From: Basidiobolus meristosporus CBS 931.73
Taxonomy: Eukaryota > Fungi > Basidiobolomycota
Length of the DNA: 61,909 nt
Reading direction: 5' to 3'
NCBI GenBank assembly: GCA_002104905.1
Contig: MCFE01000526.1
Span: forward strand, 1 to 61,909
The notes under the pieces are model-generated. The model was not told where the DNA came from. It saw only the letters and a program-made list of their open reading frames with translations, and did not search any database. A program made the position numbers and the translations under genes. This document shows, piece after piece, positions 25,959 to 37,806 of the stretch. Position 1 is the first letter of the stretch. Every line of letters begins with the position of its first letter.

Positions 25959-27000
25959 TTATAGAGCCTGCTGCTTTCGGGCCAAGTGGTTTTCAATTTG
26001 AATTTTACAGTCTTTGTCGAGATGTGTCAGCAGTCCAGTAAGCCCGTCGAAGCGGCATCGGTACCCATTCTTGGCCATGAGATACGTAAAGGCTGCCTGG
26101 TCTTGACGATGGTTTGCCCTGCTGGAGCCGACCGGGGCAATGCAGTCCTTCAGAAGGCCGCATTGAGCCCAGGGCTTGATAACGTCATTCATGATGGTTG
26201 TGTTTCTTGCGTCGAACGCGATGAATGCCCCGTTGCAGTTGACAAATTTCGCATACCTATCCATGGAGTCGTCAAAGTGCTTCATCATACCAGGATGGGT
26301 GAAATCCGGGATCGTGCCCTTACTTGGTGGGCTGAAGATACCGTACTTCTCCACATAGTTCACCACGTCAACCAGGAAGTGGGGGAAGGCGCGATCACCA
26401 GAATCCATCCAGAGAATAACCCCAGGGTAACGCTGAGCCACTTCGTAGATTATACCGGTCTTCCAGCCGTATTCGCCGCGGTTGATATGGACACTCCAAA
26501 AGGAGGGGTATTGGGAGTAGTCGAAAGTTACCAGCTCATGGAAGTATCCCTGTGCTTTGAAATCCTCAAGTGTAGCCCGCTGAAACTCACCAATTCCCAA
26601 GTCGTACACAACTATTCTTGGGCGGAGCGAGGGAGGCATATAGCGAATCGTGTCTTGTAGGGTATATAGATAGCTTTGAAGTGGGCAGAAGTGGTTTGCG
26701 CTGGCTGCCGTAACAATAGTGTACTTGAACTCCTCTATATTTTCAGCTACGAAAGAACATGAATAAATGTGGCGGTGGAAGGCTTGCGCTCGGATACATA
26801 CCTGGGGCGTGCGGTAAGGCGGTGTCGCCCCGGTGCACAAAGCCCATACCGAAGAATAACAATCCGCAAACGAATAACACCGCTATTAGCACAAACAGAT
26901 TCTTGAAGGATCTCAGGTACTTCTGGTTATAGGGTTTGTGTATTTTGGACGAGTATTCCTCCGTAGTAAGGAGGGGCTCATTAAAATACTTTACCATCAT
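25959..27000 (-). CDS. Type II membrane protein with a DUF1647-like (GT-A-like glycosyltransferase) domain, 2 exons (intron 26747-26801)
   Basis: N-terminal TM helix LFVLIAVLFVCGLLFFGMGF. Motifs IVTAASANHF, IVVYDLG, FDYSQYP, YGWKTGII, LWMDSG and NHRQDQAA. The family call is from motif memory. Confidence 0.75.
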
Positions 27001-29135
27001 ATATCAATGGGGGGCAGGTGACTGAACGAAGTAGAGAGAATCAGGAGATGATAAGTACCAAGAGGCCAATTTGTACACTCGTAGCAACAGATGTGTATTT
27101 TGAGGAATAGCGGTCTAAGACAGCTCCATGAGAGGCGCACAGTTATATATCCGTAACGAACACCGAGTAAACCAGCTTTTGTTAATATACACCAGGGTGA
27201 AGTGATTGGTATTTCCGCCAAAGCCCCTCCCTATTGGATGTGCGCCCAGCCAACTCCATATTGATTTTAATTACAATCAATAATCATCGATCCGAATCGA
27301 TTTTCCCTCTTGAAAGCTTATTTTTACCATATGAGGAAGAAGCAATCCAAAAGCGTAGAGATAAAGGTTTATATACATATTAACGGATGAACTAGCGAGG
27401 GAGCATGGAACGCTGCCAAAGGCGTTGAGCAAAGTTTCATCAAATTGGATGTAGAGTAATATCGCTGTTACACTCTCTGCGCCGAGTCCTAAAACAAGCA
27501 ACCCCGTATCCTAGAATTCAGAGAGCACTGTCTTACTGAGATCTTGAGGCACTCGTTGGTTGATCACTACATCATAGGTGCCTTAAAATTTTTCCTCCGC
27601 TCCCTTTGCCGCGGTGCCAGCAAGTCCATCGAAGCAAGAACAGCACCCGTAGCGGCACTGATCGCGGCCAACTCCACTGGACAATTGGCACCGTGGTGGG
27701 TTCGAATGGAACGCATGACTGTGTCACCATTTCCTAATCTAAAATTATCTGATGTCATGATTCGTCCATTGGATTTAGATTGCGTTTTTTTAGCTCTCCA
27801 TGGTGCGGCTTGGTTTGGCTGTTTGTATTAATGGGTATTCTGGTCCAACATCCCACCCCCATTGAGGAGTGGCGACCAGCTCGGTCAACGTGAAAATCCA
27901 CGCAGCAAGCCTTTGCAAACTCCAATCATCTTCCCCTTGTCACCTTGTACCTCCCACTCTGCAGAGAAAACCGGAAGATCCCTGTTTATTCCCGTTTCAC
28001 GTCATGTGTGTGCCGACACCAAGATCTAGATTTCCATTGCTGCAAGGATGTGTTCACCACCTGAGCAATGATCTCAATGGTAGCGAAATCAAGAAGCAGG
28101 GCTTCCGGGCAATGTGTAAGCCATCCGTCATCAATTCAATTTCAGCCCAACGCAGTAGAAATATGCCGTGCCAGGTTACCTGGACGGGATGTATCCAGTA
28201 GCACGCAAGAGGACGCTGGTGATGAATCCCGTGGAACCAGGCAGCTCGGTTGAAGTCATAGATTGTCATTGCCTGAAGAGTCTTGCCCGAATTTGCGTTG
28301 TTGAATGCATGGCCATGCTTAGGGTAGCACTGATATATGAGGGATGCCGATTTTCCCGGATACTGAAATTTAGTCGGGCTTCGACGCGGAGTAATGATAC
28401 TCCACGTGCATACGTAATTCCATGGCCATCCCGTCGCGTGTGGGTGGCCACAGTCAGCGAGTAGGTGAGCACAATCGACGTTTGGAAGGCGAGCGTTGCA
28501 GCCATGACGCACGATCCTGTTGTGCATCACCAGTGCTGTACAAACACTGGTTATTTTTAGGTGCGGTGTTTCATTTTCCATGCATGATGCAGTAGTGGAG
28601 CGGACCAATGGTGCCCTTATTGTCTTGCGAGGGGATGGCCAGTACGCATCCCATTTGAGCTGATTAAACTCCATCGAAGTGAGAAACGTCGTTAAAACAA
28701 CCTGCATGCTAACAGGATGATGGCAGGATCAGTATTCAGGCATGAATTTCCCGGAGACGAGTTGAGGTGTGGGGTCGGATGCCCTAATAAGGATAGCAGG
28801 CGAAATTCGACGAGGTTACATATCATTGCTTTCTTAGCATGTTTCCGACCAGTTATGCATTCAGAGTAACCCGCGACAAAGGCTGATATTCCCTTCTATT
28901 ATTCCTTGAACAATGGGCCGCCCGCGCTTGAAAATACCCGAGAGGAAAGGTGATGCCATAGGTCTCTGCCTTCCTCTGAACAGTCTCCAGCACTCTAGCC
29001 CGCTTGCCTATATATTACTGCTGTGTCTGGGGATTCGTTCAAAGCTTTCCCCCTCCTTACTGACCGAAACTCCCTGAATTGGTGGGCGAAGTGTTCCGAA
29101 ATCCTCATTTGAATCCCCCTAATACTGAGTTAGAA

Positions 29136-30584
29136 ATGCCGTTGATTTTGTTACTGCTATGGTTTGGTGTATCCATGTTCAATGGACTCTTTGCGAGAGG
29201 CATAGACCACCTTGACAATCCCCTCGTCTGCTACGATCACCCAAGGCCCTGGCAGAAGACCTACAAGATCCGAGTGGAGTGCGAGATGGAGGATGTTGGC
29301 AAGTTGAAAGGAGCACGAGTAATGTCCCCCGGGGAGCCAGCATTAAAACTGCAGCTTCAATGTAACGCAGAGCCAGAGAGATGCGACAAAGTCAGAGCAA
29401 CATTCGACACGGCATTCCGGCTGATCACGAATGTGGTGGTCTTCCGCGAACCGCTTGTTGTCAACGCCTCCTTCGTTTCTTTCTGCCAAGAGTTCAACGA
29501 GTGTAACCGAGATTTTCGAATATTGGGTAAGGTTTCTCCGTAGTCTCGTTTCGTTCGTATCCCAACATTGATCCCTCAAGGAAAGGAAGCGCAGGCCCCT
29601 CCAGAACGATTGTTTTGGTGGACGATGATGGACGAAAGCGGGCATTCCCTCAGGCTTTACTAAAGCAGAAGGGCTACGCCAAACACCCCAAATTCAGCCC
29701 TTCAGATATCATGGCCTCGTTCAACTCGGACGTGGATTTCTGGTTTCAAGTAAGTCGATCAGACAGTTTGGGCCCCCTTCCTGGCTGCCCTTAACTGAGA
29801 TTATCTGATGTAGGATGAAGGCGCCATGCAGAAAAGTCAAAGCGATTTTCTGTTCGTAATAATCCACGAATTGGTCCATGGACTAGGTGTTTCCTCGTCG
29901 TGGATGGATTATCTTCAAGACACGACCAAGGCGCTCACACCAAACATTTTAGTGGCCGCCACAGCAGAGCTATACATATTCGGTGGGTTTGTAGAGAATA
30001 TGTTTGATAAGTACATAGTCGAGTATCCATCGCTGAAGCCGCTGACAGATATGGTGGACCAGCTGGATGAATTCGCAGGTGGGCCGGGATCGATCTTCAG
30101 CAGTGTGGAGGAATTCAACCAGACATTCCACAACTCCCCACAATACATACATGCGGCCAGAATGGTGAACCTGACCACCACCCCACACACTCTGGCGTTT
30201 GTTCCACGAAACGCGTCCATGAACGAGCCGATTATTCTAGAGACTAGCCTTAATCCGTTTATTCCTGGCAGCTCTATATCTCATTTTGATTTTGCATCAT
30301 TCAGCGATTCCCCGGATTTCTTGATGAGATTCATGGAGGATAGGGGTGTCTCAATAGACGAAAACGTCGGCCGTGGTGGCCATTACATAGGGGGGGCGAT
30401 TGGCCCCCAGCTAATCAGTATTCTGGAAACGCTAGGTTACGAAATCAATCCGGCGCCAAGACCCCTGTCCGATTTCATATCGAAGGTTGAATCCGGCGCC
30501 GATGGCCAGAGAAGGCTGTGCGGCACGCTCTGGATCATCTCAACCATCGTCTTATACTTCCTATGTACATACTTGCTAGTGTGA
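29136..30584 (+). CDS. Secreted, possibly GPI-anchored zincin-like metallopeptidase (HEXXH), 3 exons
   Basis: Hydrophobic signal MPLILLLLWFGVSMF; PQALLKQ...DIMASFNSDVDFWF; IIHELVHGLG; SSISHFD; hydrophobic C-terminal tail. Introns lie at ~29528-29585 and ~29750-29814. Confidence 0.8.
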
Positions 30585-31711
30585 TTTTTTGCTCGACATT
30601 ATATGGATATTTATATCTGGAGTGTAGTGCGACAGCTCCCGGGTCGTATATTCCAACCAGCCGCAGCCAGAAAATGCAGGTAGGAATTGATCATTCTTTG
30701 GCGATATTCATCATGTAAATAGGAGCCGGCATCGACTTCCCAATAAAGGGCCCTCGTCTGAAGACACTTGCGAAACCATTGAGCCTCGATTGTTGGCGAT
30801 AGTGGCACCAATCCTCTGTTTCGTTATAAGTCGCCCTTGATCCAGCACAATGGGCCGATAGGATGTAACTCGAATTGTAATCTCCGATCATAATGCATCA
30901 TCAATTTTCTGGATTAGGATCTGGCCAGGTGGCAATCTGTTCAGTTGGCGTGCTCTGGCATTCAACAAAGATGATGCGACACCCAAAAAACACCCACCGA
31001 ATAGGCGACCGGTTGGCACTGAAGATGTGGCATATGCATGGCAATCCACTTAATTGGGAGAAGCAGTTCGTCGTCGGGATTCACGCCAGGTTGCATGGTG
31101 GGTTGATACTGCATGTTTCTAGACCAATCTGTGCTGTAAGGGTATTAGATATGGTTGATTTGTGGCATGAGGATATCTAAAAAATGAGATTGCGGCAACA
31201 GGAGCAACTCAGAAACCAACACTGGGGAGGAACGGTTGTGGTAGCCTCTGTCACACATAATGTATTCTCTAAATCACTCTGGATTCAATCTATTCACAGT
31301 CCAATAGCTCCGAAACCTGGTCACGAGTAGAGCAATCCTGACCCCTCATCAGGTTGTGCAAGGTCTAGGGTGATGATGATGATATTTGGCAAGATTCACA
31401 TGATTCCCCTTCGATATGTTCTACGCCAAGTTCATGCTTCCAAAATTTTTTGCCACTTGTAACCAATGCCTACTGCCAATAGCAGAATCCAACAAATGGA
31501 TGCAGGCATCAAGACCACCATCTCCCAAGTATGCAACAGCGGTTGTACATTGTATATCCAGCGATGAAGCATAACCAACGATGGGGTTCTACCTAGCAAT
31601 TGGCTCTGCGTAGTTTAACATTCATTGGGCACACTTTTGCTCAGATCCCCGGTGAAATGGAGGCTTCGGAACGTCTGACATGTTCCAAAATCCTGGAGTT
31701 GTCTAAAAATA

Positions 31712-31781
31712 AGGTATGAAAGAAACTCCACCTGTAGAGCAGGTATGAAAGAAATTCTACCCGTAGACCAGGTATGAAACC
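31712..31781. repeat. Short imperfect tandem repeat, 29-bp unit x ~2.4
   Basis: aggtatgaaagaaactccacctgtagagc / aggtatgaaagaaattctacccgtagacc / aggtatgaaacc. Confidence 0.7.
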
Positions 31782-32027
31782 AGATCGTATGAAGAGGTGG
31801 GTGCGACACTAATCAGTGCAGTTCTTCCACTCAACTGGTTTTTCATCTATTCAAATCTTATTCCAAGAACCAGAGCTCAAAAAAATATCTGCGGCTTTGA
31901 CAGCAAAGGAGAGGCGTGTTCAAGCTCCACCGTTTCTCTAACAATCGTCAAGGTTGCATTAAGGTGGAGAATCCAATTCCTCATGCCAGAAATTGGCCTA
32001 TACTGAGCATCATTCAATGATTGTTGT

Positions 32028-32040
32028 GGGGGGGGGGGGG
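32028..32040. repeat. G13 homopolymer
   Basis: A run of 13 G, read directly. Confidence 0.9.
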
Positions 32041-32281
32041 TGCTACAATAATTAGTATTGCACCTGATTGTTCATTGACCTGATCTGACAGACCATTTCT
32101 TGGAATTCATTTTGCAAGATCGTTTCAGTTCTTCAGAAGTGTGGGAACATTGCAAAGATAGACAGGCCCCCACGCTATGTACGTTTCTTTCCAAGGGCCT
32201 TCCGCCATACATTCTGTTATTTGGTTTTGCAAACTTCTACAAATAGCAGATATCTAATTCTGTGGAATTTAGTGGGTGGCT

Positions 32282-32750
32282 TGTTGCAAGGGTCTTGAAG
32301 ATATTGGAAGTGATTAGGAGAACACGTAGGTTATGTGATTTTAACTTAATGATTTATTGAATGTAATAGTGGCATTTATACTTTTTCATGGTCTTAGCAT
32401 AGTAAGCATGTAGATTAGGTTTAAGAAGGTCCCAAGAACATGTGTGCAAAGTTTGGGGCTGTTTGGACAACTTTGAGAATTTTCATGTTCTGGGTACCTG
32501 ATATTTAAATGGTCTTGGCAAAACAAACACGTACATTATGTTTTGAAAGGTCCCAAGAATATGTGTGCAAAGCTCGAGGGCTTTTGGACAACTTTGAAAT
32601 TTTTCACCAGAATATCAGGTACCAAGGACATGGGGATTATCAAAGTAAATCTCGACAAAAAATTTGGGCAAGATATTCCAAGATTCATAGACTATGATCT
32701 AAATGGCCAAGTTAATGGAACAATTGGGTGTAATTACGAAATTTACAATA
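32282..32750 (-). mobile_element. Copia solo LTR (469 bp) with an internal duplication and a micro-inversion; TSD TGGCT
   Basis: TGGCT occurs at 32277-32281 and 32751-32755. The minus strand reads TATTGT...GCAACA, and the central LTR block is present twice. Confidence 0.92.
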
Positions 32751-33186
32751 TGGCTGGACATACTTCAGCAGCTCTAAATGCTCAGTGTTGGCCTAAAGCC
32801 TGGCACTATTACATTGTAGTCAACATGGGAAACCTTAATCGAATGGTTCGATCTTACCCACCAAGATATAATATATGTTTCATGTAGTAATACCAGCATC
32901 CACAATAGCCTAATAGATGTGATGGAAAGCAGGTAACAAGGCTAACACTACTGTCAGCAAATGCTCGAAAATACTATCATGCATGAACATTACGAGTTAT
33001 CTGTAGTGTCTACACAAGTATTGGTCAGATAAAGCTTGGTGAGCAAGGTTTACTGAGCATCTAACAAAACCTCTATACAACAGTGGTCCACTTCATGAAG
33101 ATGGGGTAATGCTACTGGCAATATCGAGGTTCTCTAAAAAACAGAGGTTGGGAATGGGTAGAGACGGGAAACGTTAAACGCAGCAA

Positions 33187-33466
33187 TCAGTTGATAGAGC
33201 GGAAGCGTTTTCTCATGTCCAACTATTCGTGCATGGGACGAACGATTAGTATCAGTGAGGCCAAGTATACTTTTCAAACCAAAAGAGCTTACCAAGCTAC
33301 GTTTGCAAGCCGAGAAACTTTTACGCAACTGCTGGCACTCCTCAGGAACCTTATCAGCGTGTTGGGGTTTGAAGCATTCTTTGATGGGATTGCGTTCTAC
33401 CAGGACACAATCCGATTTCAACATACAATTTACCAGTTCTTGGCGGATATTATCGCAGGAGGGCAT
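33187..33466 (-). CDS. PET191: Cytochrome c oxidase assembly factor Pet191/COA5 (twin-Cys protein), 2 exons (intron 33223-33292)
   Basis: MPSCDNIRQELVNCMLKSDCVLVERNPIKECF...VPEECQQLRKSFSACKRSL-LDMRKRFR. Confidence 0.92.
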
Positions 33467-33685
33467 TGTTTAAAAAGGCAAAAAGCAACTGCTTCCGAGC
33501 TGAACCGTCTCGTCCATTAATCAAATTATTTCACAATCTCGTTTGCATATGTTTGGTTAATTGTGTATAAACCCTGATCCATAATGCGTTTACGATAAAC
33601 GCATAATCCGGTTTCTATAAAATCGCCTCGATTACGGCCGCGTTACTTTGTGGGTTGTATTGTTTTCAGCTAGAAGGAAAGCGAC

Positions 33686-36068
33686 ATGACAGTTGAAGGT
33701 TTGTTTCCAGACCGAGTGAGTTCGCCTATGCGATGAGTTGATTGATCCAATTCCGCTGGTTTCTAGTCAGTACAAAGCGAAAAATATTACTGAGTGTCTG
33801 GGCGGTAGTCTTGATAGGGCTTCCGTTTTGGTGGAAGACTACTGAGGTGTATCGCGCCAAGCTACCTTTCGACGAAATAGACCACTGGCAAGATTTGGAG
33901 GTAGGAATTCTATCGTATACGTTCATGTGATGGAGCGTGATACCCCGCATCGGCCACATCTACTTACCCTGATGGTCGCAACAAATCCCATATTCAAGAA
34001 TAACGTAATTGATGTTCGATGTGCTATAGGAATGTTTGACTTTTCCTGTTCAAGTCAAACTTCATCTTCCTTCGACTCCGGAATCCCGCAACTTGGATTT
34101 GTCTGATATTACAAGAAATGTCCAGCATAATGTAGACTCCCAATCTCAAGCCAACGCAAGAAAAAACGTGATCATCAACTCCCACGGACAGGTTCGGGTC
34201 CCTGTCCAGATTACTAGTCAGTTGGACTCCTCTGAGAAAGGTTGGCTTTCAGTGTGACGCTCTCTTTATTGCTGACCAAGTTCGCTTAGTCTTCAAAAAC
34301 AGTTGAGGAATCGGAGGTGAACGGAGAATACCACATCTATATCCGACCGGTAGAAGATAGTGCTGTCAAGGAGCCGAAGGTGCTCCTCCAAGATTCTCGT
34401 AGCATTATTGTTGAAACTCAATCATTGGCCCAAGGTGGGTTATCGTCCATGCCTGCTCAGTAATGAGAAAAGACTAACCCTGTCCGTGGCAGATACTATT
34501 GTCGAGACAACATCGGCCATCATTTCAGAACTTTTCACTGAAGAAGAATCAAAGATTGCCAACACCCTGAACGATGATCAGAACTCCTCCAAGGTGGTTT
34601 CACCACATACAACTGTGTTACGAACTCGATTCTTATGCAGATTTATCAGGTCGATGCTGAATTGCGCAGAGTCATGAAATATGCATCCTCGTACCAGCTC
34701 ACTTTCTCCATGATGAACGAAGATCCATCGACCCTTTTGGTTTCCTGGGAGATCGATGCTGCACTGAAAGGTATCACCGAAAGCACATTTTCTTCCGCTC
34801 CACGAACTAAACCTCTCTTCTGCAGAGTATCTGTACCCATTCCTATCTGAGCTCACCAAGATCTCTAACTTCACAGTAGAGTCACAGGTATCCGTCGATG
34901 ACCATTGGCTGCTACTCTAGCGTGTATCTAAGATTCGTTTCTAGATTCAGAATTATGCTACTCTGACCGTGCAACCACAGCGACAAAATACCAAGAAATC
35001 GCACTACTACTACTTGAACCCGGAGTCCCTTCCTCATTTCATCAACTCCGCCGAGTGGAATTTGGGTCAGATACATGTCCGACTGCCATTGCATGTCTAG
35101 CTATTAATCGTGGGATATGATCAACAGCATCCGCAGTTTCCACCAGCCCTAGTATTAATTTTCTGATATACGTTCCATCCGAAAGCCATCGACCACTTCG
35201 CATCCATAGCGCCAAAGGTAAATGGTGTTTGAAGCCGCCAGCATAACTGCCTCCATCCACTAACACCGCCCAAGGTCAAAGGATCTCCAATAGTGCCTTC
35301 CTGATTCCTAGATATGGTGGTGTAGCTATTAGCAACCCCAAAGTGACCGAATCGACTGCAGCGCAGAAATCACACCATTTTACCGCTGCAGAGTTGCGAC
35401 CCTTCATGCAGACATTCACCGTGCAGCTACGTGAACTGTTGGGCATCGACGAGGTCAAAACCATCTTCAACGTAAGATATGGTAATCTAGGCATTGTTAA
35501 ATCGACCCGAACTAAATGGAGATCTCTTTCAAACAACAGAGAGCGGGAATCCAGGTGAGTCACGTATCAACCTCTGGTGTGGGGGTGACCCAATTGGAAT
35601 TGGATAGACTAGCACACAAACGCACCGCACAAAACATGGTTTCTGCTGCCGCGACCCTTAGCTCGCTGTCTAGATTGATCAATCAGATCCCCAATATGGT
35701 TGTATTAGACCATATACAGACCGAGGTACGCTATGATCCGCTTGTCGAGATTGAGTAAACTGCTTCTGATGCGCTTCCATCAACCCCGTCCCACTTAGGT
35801 TACCGAAGCCCTGGGGAGTTTGCAAAAAGCTTGCCATCATGTGAAGCAGATGGACTACCAAGCAGCGCTGCATTCCAGCAAGGAGGCTTTGGAGCGTTCG
35901 GAGTTGGCCTTCTTCGATCCGACCATGGTGTCCATGCTTTATTTCCCGGATGAGCACAAATACGCCATCTACATGCCACTGTTCTTCCCCATATCCGTAC
36001 CTTTAGTACTAACGGCCATCAAAGAATTGCAGGAGATGAGAAAGCGTAAAAAGCAGAAGACCGAGTAA
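33686..36068 (+). CDS. GPI17: GPI transamidase component PIG-S/Gpi17, multi-exon
   Basis: N-terminal IGLPFWWKTTEVYRAKLP and C-terminal AFFDPTMVSMLYFPDEHKYAIYMPLFFPISVPL. The ATG at 33686 lies in a short first exon. Confidence 0.92.
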
Positions 36069-36782
36069 CTCGTATGGAACATGGGATGCGAAACAACGGT
36101 TCAGCTGGAGCAGACTCTACATTATGGCTCAGACGGGTCCGCTTTGCTTTTCATTTCATTTCATTTCTCTTTGCTCGCAAGATTTTCATTGCTGATTTTA
36201 CGTCAGTTTCTTGGATGTATTGACTTGGTAACCGTTTATATATCTTATTAAATCAAAAGCTTTTGGGATTTCCCATTTGGCTTCCGAAACGAGGTCCATT
36301 GCTTGGGATGTGTTTATATACAACATCGATGTGACGTTTACTCCGGCTTGTCAGTGCAAATCTCCATACATTCTCAATAGTATACCCGGGGCTTCATTCT
36401 AAAAAAGCTTCACTCCAAAAGAAGGGAGTTGACTGCGGATCTCCTCGCACCCTGTGGCCAGGAATTGAACCAAAGAACCAAATGGAGTGATCCAGAGATT
36501 GGACCGGTTTTTGAATAAATTGAACTTCTTGTGAAGGGAATAAGAATGAAGGATTGGTTTATGATTGATATATTAAAATCCAAGCTTGGAGGATCTCCAG
36601 GGACCAACCACGAAGGTTTGGTTAAAAATGAACTAGATACCACCAGAAAACGAACCAAGGATAGGAAAGTATACGTTAACAAGCTTTTACTAAGGTTAGG
36701 AAAGCCAAAAGGTGAAATATATGGATCAAAAGCATAATGTAACATATTGAACAGACCATTTGGTTGGATTTCGATGATGTTT

Positions 36783-37806
36783 TTAAATATTGGCTTGGAT
36801 AGCAGGTGTGAGCTCCGAAGAAGATTCAACACAATGCTTAGGGAACACTCCCTTAATACGTCCTCGGCTCTCGTTGATTCCCTGCACCCATCCATCATCG
36901 TATTCGACAAGAATGGTTACCTGATCTCCTGGGTATACTTCAAGTTCGTCACCTAATGTTGGCGTATATGTGCTAACTACAGTATATGTCTTGTGCATAT
37001 TAGGTGGAGGTAGTTTGGTGTCTTCAAAAATGGCGCTTTCGAATCCTCGGCCACCAGCATCTGCCATCTGAGAACTCATGTTCTTCTTGGATTGATGTCG
37101 ACGATACATAAACATGGCAAGGCCAGCCATTCCAACCACGGCCACTCCTACAACGCCTCCAATCACACCAGTAGACACTCCAGTGGAATGAGATCCACTA
37201 TTCCCAGCATTTTGATCCTTCGAGACTTCGTTAGGAACTTGCGAGGTGTTCGATGTGTCAGTGGGGTTGGCGGAAAGAGGCTTCTTAGGAGGAGTCGGAT
37301 CTGGGGAACATTCATGCTGGTTAATTTACACAGGACGAAAAGGGGGTTTCGGATGATCGGGTCCGTCGAGTATTGAACTTACCGGCAGCCGGGCTTGGTT
37401 TAATTGCAAGGCAGCTAATCAAGGATTTAACTTTAGACGAGTAGCACTTCATGTTCTTATCAGAGCCAGCTGATGTGGAAAAACAGCCATGAACCATGGT
37501 GCCATTTCCGACATCGGAAGTAGCATCGCAGTCCACCTGTCGTTCATTGAAGGTACCTACTCGGAGGGGAATGGTGGTTCCTTTGCAGTAACCCCAGTTA
37601 TCCTCGGGAGTAGGTCGACGTAAAAAGCACCAAGGCTTTCCTTGATTATCAGCCTCTGTGCATCCTTGGTACTGAATCCCTTTGTACTGGAAACTGGAAA
37701 CGCATTCAGTATAACGAACTGTAGGATTTGCCAAGCAAACCGCACTGAGTGTGAGGATGCATAGAAGCAGAACTGCAATCGGGGTGGTTTGTAAAGGGGC
37801 CTTCAT
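36783..37806 (-). CDS. Single-pass membrane protein (~313 aa): signal peptide, FN2-like module, second 4-Cys module, S/T/P stalk, TM helix and C-terminal SH3; exons 37806-37383 and 37300-36783
   Basis: A phase-1 intron GTAAGT...TTCCCCAG joins ORFs 37321-37887 and 36783-37178 in frame. TM: VIGGVVGVAVVGMAGLAMFMY-RR. SH3: YTVVSTYTPTLGDELEVYPGDQVTILVEYDDGWVQG...GVFPKHCV. Confidence 0.88.

Noticed and set aside
25986-26660. Long antisense ORFs opposite real genes (also 13483-13797, 42634-42996, 46348-46803)
   Set aside because: These are shadow ORFs expected opposite GC-rich, codon-biased coding sequence.
31712-31781. 29-bp repeats resembling a CRISPR array
   Set aside because: The units are directly adjacent with no spacers, the context is eukaryotic and there are no cas genes.
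32790-32865. tRNA/SINE-like look in the captured segment (TGGCCTAAAG...GGTTCGATC...CCACCA)
   Set aside because: The T-stem and acceptor stem do not pair and the A box is poor, so there is no cloverleaf.
34879-34890. PIG-S intron donor GTATCCGT resembling a U12-type site
   Set aside because: It deviates from RTATCCTT and no U12 branch motif (TCCTTAAC) is evident. I treat it as an ordinary GT-AG intron.
36410-36910. 166-aa ORF overlapping the SH3 gene's 3' end
   Set aside because: It is an alternative frame plus 3' UTR of the FN2-TM-SH3 gene, with no motifs.
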